Assembly (NCBI RefSeq): GCF_964355755.1
Contig: NC_092679.1
Span: 23,171,432 to 23,235,431, forward strand
From: Antedon mediterranea
Taxonomy: Eukaryota > Animalia > Echinodermata
Direction: 5' to 3'
Length of the DNA: 64,000 nt
Made by a program: the position numbers and the translations under genes. The first letter of the stretch is position 1; every line of letters starts with the position of its first letter. Positions 30,101 to 42,100 of this stretch are shown here, in pieces. The notes under the pieces were generated by a model. The model was not told the origin of the DNA. It ran no database searches and saw only the letters and a list, made by a program, of their open reading frames with translations.

Positions 30101-33100
30101 AATTTTGTTCATGTTCATGTGCAACACACACAAATGTACCACAATATAATACAAATGAAAGCAACTCAGAAACTGAGTGAATAAAGTACCAGGAATAGTA
30201 CATTAAGAACACATAAACTATAGTTCAAAGTCTATTTCCAGATGATACATTTCAAGATATCTATGACAAGATGTAACTTTAGTTAAATCTGTTCCTAATC
30301 TTTTGCACTTTTCTTAATATACAAACACACAGTTGATTGTAATTATGCAAAGCAAAGTTGAATAAAAAACATGAAAATCACTCATGACTTGATAAAGATT
30401 GAGGAGAAAATAAATATTCTACTATTGGATCAACCAAAATAAAACTTTAAGAAACTACCACAACAACATCATGAAGTGAAATTGATCATGATCAACACTA
30501 CCACAGGTTCACACAAAACATCAAAAGTAAGTTGATCATGATCAACACTAGCACATGTTCACACAAAACATCAAAAGTAAGTTGATCATGATCAACACTA
30601 CCACAGGTTCCATAGTAAAAGTTCATCATGATCCTCTGTACTACCCAAATTCACAATAACAAATCGGATCTAATTGGTTTGTTTGTAATACAGCGCAATT
30701 GTCTAGATAATTTCCTATCTACAAACACTGCTCTTCATCAAAAATGTATCAATCACAAACAGTTTAAAATAAATATAATAAATCAATTATCTAAATGGTT
30801 GTCTTGACGTTAATGACCCAAAATATCATGATTTGAAAATATAAAGGCATATACTTTTGAAACTGTTTTTTGTAAAGTGCAAAATGATAGTGGTGTGCCA
30901 ATTTGTGAACAGGTGGGTAAAGGTACTTTTATATAATGACCACGATTAAGTGATGAGATTAAGTGATGAGATTAAGTGATGAGATGCCATATTTTGTTTG
31001 GTTCTATTATCTGTTTCATGTCTGCAAAAAGTAAAAACGGGTTGTAACAAGGTTGTAAACTGGTTGTAACAAGGTTGTAAACTGGTTGTAACAAGGTTGC
31101 TTAGTGTAAAATCACAGGAAAAAAACACAAATGAAAGGCCTGATTTTTGTTCTGAGATGTTCTTAGTTGTCAATGTTGCTGTTACTGCGTATGTGTATAA
31201 ATTGCCTTTGTATTCAACTGGATAAACAGAACAGAACAGAACAGAAAATAATCCAACAGCACCTCAACTATACTTGATCCAGAGATCTTGAGAGGTTCGC
31301 AAATGAATGTACTGTAACAATTTGGATAGTACTACTTGTTAAAAGTTATAACAATTTATGTCAGTGTGAAGAAGTTTAGCCATTAAATGCTTTTGAAAAT
31401 CGCAATCGCATACATCTCCCTAGTTGTAACCAAGCTCCACATGAGAACAACTTGTAAGACCAAGAATAATCAAATTGCTTTACACTATGTTTATGACCAT
31501 GTTTTTATTGAAACTACTATTTACTTGCTGAACTATGACATTTACATGCTGAACTACAACATTAAATGATGACAAAACTACTGGGTGTGACACGACCTAC
31601 AATCCTTAGATTAACTGTTCTTGAGTGAAAGTCAAAATGTGGATACTTGAAAAACTGTCTGAATCACAATGTGTTATTAATTATACCATAAATTAAGACG
31701 TAATTTATTTACAAAAAAATGAAAGCATATTTTTAAAAATATTGATTCATTTTATCCCTTTGGAGTTGCGGATCTAGTGAACTACTAAAAAAATTCAGTT
31801 GGGATCTGGTGACATTTTAAATATCAACAAAATCTTGTGTGACAATTTCTATAGCCAGTCAGGCTACTGTCTTTGCGTCCAAATTAACCACTACACTGTC
31901 CCTACAACATCTAATTTAAGGTCACAAACTACAAATATTATGTAAAAATAAATATTATACAGGCCTTTTAATTTGTCTTTAAAAAAACTGTTTAAAATGT
32001 GAAAAATAAGTTTATTCTAATAATGTATGTAAATGCCAGCATGCATTGTTCATGAATTGAAGTTTTTGTAATGCACCTAGTTTTGGTCAGAAAAAGTCCA
32101 TTAAGGGAAAAGTAATGAAAAAAATGAATGAACTGAAATTTTGAAAAAATCTCACTGAAATCTACTATCAATTTGAATTCAATTCAATTCCACTGAAATC
32201 TACAATCAATTCCACTGAAATCTACAATCAATCCCACTGAGATATGAAATCAATCTCACTGAAATCTACAATCAATCTCACTGAAATCTACAATCAATCC
32301 CACTGAGATATGAAATCAATCCCATTGAGATATGAAATCAATCCCACTGAGATATGAAATCAATCCCACTGAGATATGAAATCAATCCCACTGAGATATG
32401 AAATCAATCCCACTGAAATCTACAATTAATCCCACTGAAATCTACAATCAATCCCACTGAGATATGAAATCAATCCTACTGAAATCTAGAATCTCACCCA
32501 TTAATCCTGATGGGAATTCTGGTGGCATAACCGTCATTTTTTTTTTTTTGGCGGAAGCAGAACATTTGAAAAAGTGCATAAACTGAAATAAGGTATGCTG
32601 ATAAAAATGACATGTATGCGTTGTACAATTTATTACGATATAAACCACATTTATTTATTTACTAAATGATGCAATATAACCTAGATAGTCTTAAACTTGA
32701 TCAATTGGTAATGATCGTTAATTGTGAACCGTGGTGAAATTATACACAAATTCAAGCTGTGGATAATTTTGATATCTTCCTTTATTTCATTAGGAAGTAA
32801 CACCAATTTGGCAGCATTGTGTGGTTGTTGAAAATATTTATTTATTTTCAGTTGGCGCAATTGGGTAGCTCAACTGTCAATATTGAGAAATCAAATTCAA
32901 TGAGAATTAAATGAATCCTTGAAATCATTTTACTAAACTTCCGTCAAATATTAAAATCATACAAACTTATGGTTTATTGTATTGATTGATTGATTGATTG
33001 TAATTGTAATACAATTTATATCTATGTTGCTTATAAAATTGCTTCACAATATATTCATATTTATTTGGCATAGTGGTTAGAGCATGAACTGTGTCATACC

Positions 33101-36100
33101 ACCCACACACAAACATACACAATATTGTTTGCAGTACCCTGCCCTAACATGGAAATAACAATATATACTTTGGGCAAGTTTATATTCAATTCAAAGATAT
33201 TTGGTCAAACATGTGGCTTAAAATTTCAAATTTAAATCATAATGTTTTTCCAATTAAAATCATAATGTTTTTCTTGCAATTGATAAATTAATAAAAGAGA
33301 ACATTAATTCTAAATGAAATCCTAAATTTAGATTTATTATTATTCACATAACATAATGTAAATCATAATACAGCAGAACATGCTGAGCAGTAGTATTATT
33401 AGTAGTTTCCTGACATTGACAACTGCTAAATATTGTACTAAACTACCAACACCCCTCGGGACTAGCTAACCCTATCATCAAATAACCAACTCACTCACAA
33501 ACGAAAGTGTTCGCAAAGTGCTGCCACTGATGACATATGTCAATGTGTGTCACCTGGTAGGATGTGCCCCCTTATGCTAGGTCTACTTGTACACCCGAGA
33601 TAAACTGAAAGGCACAGGGAGGAATAAGACCCTGGGGCCGGTGACGGTAGTATTACACAGTAATGTAGGAGGGAACAGATTTTTAGAGTGTTGTGGAAAT
33701 TGGAGAAGACATTTTAAAATTAGTGCATTTTATAAGAGCATTGTGATAAAAATAGAACATTTATTAATCAGTCTAATTAATATATAGTAAAAATATTAAA
33801 TGTCACAAGTTTAATTTATTATAAAAATGCAAACATGGACATATAAAAAAAATATTATTTTTCAACTAATTGAATGTGTGTGTTGAAACCTTTAAAATAT
33901 CATTTTTAAAACTGATACATTAAATAGAAACTGCAATTATTCAAATTAATTTGAAGAATAACACAACATTTATATTAATTACTAAACTACATCTTTCATT
34001 TTAATACAAATTATATTAATGATTTATCTAAATTATGATCCAGTAATAGAACATTATTAATTTCATTTTTTTGCGACTGAACTGAATCACAATTAAATTA
34101 CTATGATTAAATGCTATTCTACACATAAGAGAAAATGAAGCTGCTTGTAATTTGTTGCTTATCAAATAGATTAGCAGACGACATTGGCAAATGACATTCT
34201 AAAGCAGACAACATAAGCAGACGACATTTGGATAGAAGAAAATGTTGGAATATTGATGATTATGAGGATATAAATGTAAAAGTAGAAGACTTGATTTAAA
34301 ATGACATTTAATTGTAACCGATAGTAAACTTATGTTTCAAGTGACAAGGTTGAAGCAGACCAGATTTCACAAAGATCAGTGGACTAGAAGTTACGCATAC
34401 AACCATGCTCATCATCCCCTAAGGGTCTCTTCGCGTCAGATAACTTCTACCAAACAGGGCTCATTTGTCTGTCCACCACAGTGGCTTAGATAAGATGAAC
34501 CAGTACCAGTGGCGTAATATAGGACGTTAAGTCTCTAGATTTGGCACTCCTAGGGGTCCTTCAACACTGGGTAGTAGCATTGGGCTGCTCATACTCTAGG
34601 TCCTTTAAGCTCTGGGGTTCCTGGGTTTAGCCAGTGAGCGAAGATAGCTGTTACGCCACTGAACACTTGGGTAATACACTTCTCTTCCGAAAGATGCACT
34701 GGGTTCTTTATAGTGCACACGAGCCAGATATGCATGCTGGACCTCCAGTTGTAAGGATCTTTATCTGAAAAGACTTTATTGTTATACCACCAGAACTACA
34801 TATGAACGAGGAGAGACTTGAACCTCTACCACATTTGGGTATGGTTTGAAGTACTCTTGCCATAACCTCTCGCCCACTCAACATTTTAACGACAGATGTT
34901 ACTGTCACTATTATAATAAACTAAAACTTCATACTAAAGCAACCTGTTGAATATGTTGCTATAGAGTACTTAAAGAAATACAGCAAAACTTCCTATATGA
35001 CAACATTTAATTAGATGTAATGCATCAAAAATATATCTCTACCAAGTCATGGACCTTTTAATAGGCATTTCAATTGAATAACGGAAAGATTTAAATTTAA
35101 TTTAATGTAGAGGCATAAAATGTAAATGAACTTTTATTTTATGGGTTGCACGTAGCAACAACCAGGAAAGAACTTAACATTTTCTACTTCAAAAATAGAA
35201 GAGCACTTCTTTTGCGGAACTTTAAATGTTAATAAAAGGAAATACTGTATGAACTTATAATAAAAAAAATTTTTTAAATAACCACCATCAAAAAAGGTTT
35301 TTCCGCTCATGTTATGTAACTAGATGCGACGCAAGGATGTACGTGATGCAATTCATTTTACTAACTTGTGAATAGTTGTATTGCGTGTACGTTTAAGAGC
35401 ATTATTCCTCCATGGTATAGAATAATCTTAAAAAATATGTCTCCATTCTATAAATGGAGTAAACAAACAACAAACTAACTCCATCTCATTTCTATACATA
35501 TATTGCTACAAAGCACACCCTTGAAAAATGCCTCACGGATGACTATTTCCTTTATATAATCTCAAATTAAAATTACTGCATAGATGAATTAAAATTTTAT
35601 TTAAAAGCATTTTACGGAAATATAATCAGGATTCAACTTAACTGTTGTCAACTCTTCAGGCCAACTTTGAAAATGTGATTGATACTTGTCACAATGTGTT
35701 AACAACAAACAGTTTAACCTTATATGGATACGGTATGGTACACAACAGTACCTTAAAACTGGGGTCGCTAAATTATCGTGCATGTGATATAAGAACAGAT
35801 TTAAATATGCAACTAATGTATTGCAGGTCGTTCACCTTTTGAGCTCTCATTTCTTGGCCATAGACGCTAGGAATTGGTATTTATATACAATATGATTGAC
35901 AAAAGCATGCGTTTAACAACCAATATACATAATTTATCATTATTTGGTCAATTTAAAAGTGGGCTTACATGAAACTCAACTGGTCAACATGAGAGGGTTC
36001 CTGAATATCAGTTAACCCACTAAGCTAAGCTGGAACATGAGAGGGTTCCTGAATATCAGTTAACCCACTAAGCTAAGCTGGAACATGAGAGGGTTCCTGA

Positions 36101-39100
36101 ATATCAGTTAACCCACTAAGCTAAGCTGGAACATGAGAGGGTTCCTGAATATCAGTTAACCCACTAAGCTAAGCTGGAACATGAGAGGGTTCCTGAATAT
36201 CAGTTAACCCACTAAGCTAAGCTGGAAATGAGGTGCAACAAATGAATGTACATCTTATGTTGATAATCCAAAACATTATGCAATAGTTTCTCTTTCACAA
36301 ACTAAAAAATTGTTCTAGTCTAAAAAACACAAGTTAATAGATAATATTACCAAATCATCATCAATTTAAGAGTGTCTGATAACGCAACAATTTGTTGAAT
36401 ACCTAGAGACACTTTTTTATAGTTGTAAACACCTTTCGTGTGAAAATTGAGACCTAAAGGTTAAAAATCATTCCCTAGCGCTTTCAAATACTCTTTTTGG
36501 TCGTTTTTAACATTTGATGTCACGTTTGATAGATGTTAATGTGTTTGATTGCCTACTACATGTGAATAGCAAGAGTTTATATTACATTAAGTAAATTAGA
36601 GCAGAGATCTATTCCACTGGGAGTCTGTAGTGTGTAGGGGGTTAATCTATTAATTAAATTAAAATATTATGTTTAATCCGAAGATACAAAAAAAACACTG
36701 CAGTTTATTGACATCTGCTCTATGTTGTACCATGCATAGTGATAATAACAATATTTGTTAAGCGCACATATTCGCTCACAGCGCTTGTGGAAAACAAAAG
36801 GAAAACTAATCTGAACCTACAAAACTTCCAAATGTAGACAAAAATCCACATAACAGCATTCAGTTTACCAGCAATTTAAGGTACACAGACTGGCTAGCAC
36901 ATAACTTGTCACTCGTGCAGTTATGCAAGAATCTAACTAGACAAAAACACATAAATTACATATTGCTATAAGCAGAAAAAAGCAGATGTCTTTAGTAATA
37001 ATAAACAAACAAATATAATTTTAATACAAAAACCTACATTAAATTTATATATTTATTTTAGCATTGACTGAAAGACAGAATAATCATTTTTTTATTGTTG
37101 CAAATACAAATGAACATAGATTGTCAGACGTTCAGCTTACACTAAGCATTGGCGACAACATACAGGCACTAATAAAATAAAGACGCAATGTCAGAAACAT
37201 ACAGGTGCACAACTATTAAAAAACATAAAAAGATTGGCCGAGTGTTAAACACATATATTTGGAATACTTGAACATGTCCACCTACACCACATAGAACAGG
37301 CCATAATTATCTAAGTGTAATGTCCTGCAACTTTCACTTGAATATAATTGCTGTTTTTGGCGCAATTATATAATTACTTGAATATCTCTTTCCTTGACCT
37401 TTTAAATTAACTATTCTATCTTTACGTATTCCTTTGACATCTGAAGTTAACCATAATAAACATAAAACTAAGTGATTTCATTTTCTAAACTTGTGTGAAA
37501 CTTTGAAGTGTTGAAACTTGAGAGAGACGCACGTGTCAGGAAAAATAAACCTTAATTAGATATGAATTAGTTATCAATAAAATATCAATTACACGTTGGT
37601 AATTATTAAACTGCAGGTCTTCCTTTAATGAAAGATTACTTTTCAACTTATTGGGATTTATTCGTCGGTTACTAACTTTCATTTGGTTAGGGTACAGCTT
37701 TTGCCATTAACAGGCACATTGTAGAGAAGGAAGCCTAGTGTACAATATCATCCTTAATAAAATTACAAAATTGGAAAAGAGAAACATGTTTCAATCTTTT
37801 TTACTATGCTAAAGATGCCATACACACTACCTACTCGGACCAGCACTAGCCCTAATTGGCTGGGACAGTACTTATACTTCAATAAAAGTTTAAACCTATG
37901 AATTCAATCTTCTAAAAAGTTCATTTATTTATTGCATGTTCATTTTGTAAGAGTGTGAAAATCTAAAAGGCTAATTTCTTCATCAAGGATATTGGATTTA
38001 TAAAATTTAAATCCATATGTAAAAAATATTTGTTTTTAGAAATACAAAACAATAAACTGTACAAATTTACAGTAAAGAAACTCTGTAGTTTTACATTTGA
38101 AAATTCCAAGAACACAAGGGAACATACACTACATTAAAACGTACTCATTTCAAAGAATTCTCATTTAGAATTCTGCGGGTATACTTAGCAAGTCACATTG
38201 TGCAAGAGAAAATGAGCACAACACCTCATTAACATAATGACATTAAATTTGTTTGTTTCTAAATTTGTTCAGTTGCAGCTGAAATGCTGAACCCAAAATC
38301 AATCAACATTTTAAATCAGTAATACAGTTTTCCAGTAAGAGAAAAGACCACATAAATTGTTTAAATATCCAATATGTGGTTTTTCGAATTGCGGGACAAC
38401 TTATCCTAAGCTTCATTATTCAGATTCCCTCCAGTACAACATAATGGCAATGAGGCAAATATGACCCTAAATTTGGGGCAGACAAAAATATTTTTAATGG
38501 CAAAATTCCAATATATTAAAGAAACTGAAAAAATTTAATAAAAGTTTGTTTTTAAGTATTATTTGTTATTAACAATATTAAACACCCCTGTCGATAGCCT
38601 GCCAAAGACTGAGCAAAAAATCATTGAATTTCTATGGCAACGAGTCTGCCTAATTTATTACATAATTGAACATTTTTCCTGTATTTTTTGTTTACAAAGG
38701 TAATCATGAACAACAATATGTAAATGAGTTTAAAAGTGAAACATATTTTGACGATGATAAAAGCAATATGATCCATATTCAAATATTATTGAACTGCTAT
38801 AAACTGTACTGTATTGTCTGTATAAAGTTAAATAATGAAATATTGAATTTTGTGATTAACTGTACTGTAGTGGGGTTAGCCTAACTTTGCTCAAGCCCGT
38901 AGTCGAGGGGTTTGTGGGGATGAACCTTTCCTGAAGTGCCCTTTTCAACTTAGGCATAAACTAAAAAAAAATTAAAGCTATTGTCAGCATCATTGGAGAA
39001 GACAATGCAAGATTTAAATGACAACAAAAAATATGATCACCTTATTTCCCAGAAATGTGCTCAAATAAAATCAATACTATGCTTTTGTATATGGTACTCT

Positions 39101-42100
39101 AACATACACTACATAGTACATTATACTTTATGCAATGATGATTTTGTTACACAGAAACAAAAATTCCCTTTTTTGATCCACTCACTAAAATGAACTGGAA
39201 TGCCACATTATACAATATTGTAGTGTGTGTCTATTTTTATAAGACCCTATCTGAACTGCTTTCTAAACCCTAAAGTTAAAATATCAAGAGGCTTCAATAA
39301 GTTCAAAACAATTATCCACAGTATTACAGGCTTTAAAACGTCTATTTCTACAGTAGACTCACTGTCTCCAACATGTGCAATATAAAAGCTATCTGACTTC
39401 TACTGATAAAGCGTTAAATGTCGCCAGTATACAGGTACAAGGAGCGTTGGTCAAACGCCAAAATCTCTTCCGACTTATTCATTAAAATAAAAGCCTTTTG
39501 AGAAATAACGTTGAGGATGTCGACGAATCGATATAAGTAAAGAAAAACACTTTACACTTTGATTGTGAACAATAATAAATCAACTTATACAAAACAGAAG
39601 CTGGCTATCTGTCTGTTATACAGCAAGTTCACTGTTCAAGTCAAGTATAACAAAAAATTAGCTGTTATACATAGATTAAATATAAATTATAACATATAAT
39701 AACTTTATTAAACATATCCAGAACGTCTTAAATGTTAAAATTAAAGTCTCACAACAACGTTTTATTGAACAAAGTGCATAGTGCCGAATAAACTGTTTAT
39801 AACAAAAATATAATATTTATATAAACTGCATTTCAGCTTAATTTGTGCTCCCAAATAACTGTTTAAATCAGTGGTTGGTTGTTGACAAAAAAAGTTTAAA
39901 ATACCCAAAATGCAATGCGCTCAGACAGTCAAACATTTACGATCACTTCACAAGTGTGCCACAGATTCTACTATATCGGTCTTTTGAATTGAGATGATAT
40001 GTTGCAATATTTGTAATGTTAATTGTTTATGTATTCAAAATAATGTTTGGTCTATCTAAAGCTAAAACAAACTTACTATTTGGAATTTTTATAATACCAA
40101 TATATTTTAAGCAAAATGTAATCTAGGCAATAAAAAGACCTAAAGTATACTCAAATGAGTTGTACACTATTCTAGAGGGCAAACTAGAAAAAAATTAATA
40201 AACTAAAAAATAAAACAATTGTTGAACCTTTAAAATAAGATTTTCTGAATATTTGAGTGCAATATATGATATCAAACGTCACTTTTAACAGCAGTACGTT
40301 TTCATAATGATGATGTCACAATAAAACACCTGTTCATAATATTGTGATTGTAGAGAGATTATGATATAACGTGTGTGTGTGTGTGGTTATGCTGCCTACG
40401 AATACAGTTCCTAGAAATAAATTATGTAGCACTTAGTGTATTTGAAGACAAGCATTTTCGCGACTTCATTCCTGTTTTCCGATAAATAGTAAAATTGTGT
40501 TTGATTGACAGGTAAATTCTTGATTAGAGTTTCAGAAACTTTTGAAGTTCAAAAAGTTTCTAATACTACATTCAACTTGGTGTTAAAAGCTTTGGTTCTG
40601 ATATCTCCTATTTAATCACAATCATTGGAGTATGATTTCTCTTTTAATAGAATGTTGGTAAGGAGTGACATTGCATAGCCATGGACCAGCTCAGAAATGG
40701 CATATCAGACCCTCAAAATAATGAAGAGAAAATTGACTCAAAATATGTCAGTGGCAATAGAAATAGTGCTTTGAGCACGTCCTATGATGTGATTTAGAAA
40801 TCTTTATGATTATTATTAAATAGTGAAAGAACACGTTTTGTTGACTCCCTTCAGACCCTCTGGATTTGGGTGACATCATTCTCAAGGCTCTTGAAGAATA
40901 AATCAGTGCCACAGTTCCATATAAGGACAGGCTAAAAGAGGCAGACGACTTTCAAGAGCTACGTGTTATTAAAAAAGGCTATAGAAAGAAGCAGACGTCA
41001 TATAACTACCATATTTGAGTATATCACTACCATTTTAGGCACATTACATTTTGTTGTCAAATTTGATAGTGTAGACAGCTCTGTAGTGTATTATACATGT
41101 GTTGTGAATAGGGATTCTTGCTTAATTGATAAAAAACCAAACATTTAATACGAAAATGATAAAACCATAGCAAAGGATACAGGAGTAGAAGGAATTGATG
41201 GCACTTAGAGCTGTTATCTGCTTTCCTTGGGTAAGGTTGTATGAATTCACCAACTTGTAATGTGACTGACTCTGATACCTAAAAAAAAACAAACAAATTA
41301 AAATTGAATTCAAGATCCAATAATTGAATAAAGCTCTGCCTACACTATCAAATAAAGTGTGATGTGCCCAAATATGGTAGTGATATGACATCATCATGTC
41401 CATATATGGGCACATCACATTTTTTTGTCACATAAAGTTTGATAGTGTAGACATTTTGTAGGCAAATATAGGTACTGTATCTAAATGTTTCCAGTATCAT
41501 AGGCAGATTCTATGATACAGTATCACATATTATGTAGAAATACAACAATGAGAATCAAATAAACTTTTAGGATATTGTTATGGTATTTAAAATAAGCAAG
41601 CATAGTATTTTTATCAAAATATTAAAAAAATAAATAAAATCAAAATATTGATATTTGTTTCATAACAGAGAGTTCATAGCACTGTTGATAAAATATAATT
41701 TTTATTTCCTGATATAAAAGATTAAATTATATTTCCTGAAAAATTGTCCAGAGTATAGAAATTAATAAACAGACAGATATTAAATTGAAGATATCCGCAT
41801 AATAATAAAATCTTTTAAGATTAAAATTTGCATGTATAACATATATGTGTATTTTATTTCACTTTATACAGGTGTAATTTGTATTTCTTAGAACATTTTG
41901 TTTTAAATTATTCTCAATTTGTAAATAAGTGATCAAAAGTATAGAGAGAATCAATATTAGTCTGTCACATAACTAAAACATATTTATTTATACCTAAAAT
42001 ACTTTTATTTGTTTATTTAAAATTTATATGATCCACACTCAGCATAGAAAGCTTAAATTGAAATAGGACTTCTGAAAGGTAATGTTTCAAAGTGAAATAA

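Larger units (their letters stand above)
30036..41180 (-). other. U12-type (minor spliceosome) GT-AG intron of WDR27, about 11.1 kb
   Basis: 5' splice site GTATCCTTT. Branch site ACCTTAAC at 30054-30047, about 12 nt from the AG, with no polypyrimidine tract. Confidence 0.88.

Noticed and set aside
35986-36227. CRISPR-like array (also considered for 53991-54645)
   Set aside because: Units are head-to-tail with no unique spacers, there are no cas genes, and the context is eukaryotic.
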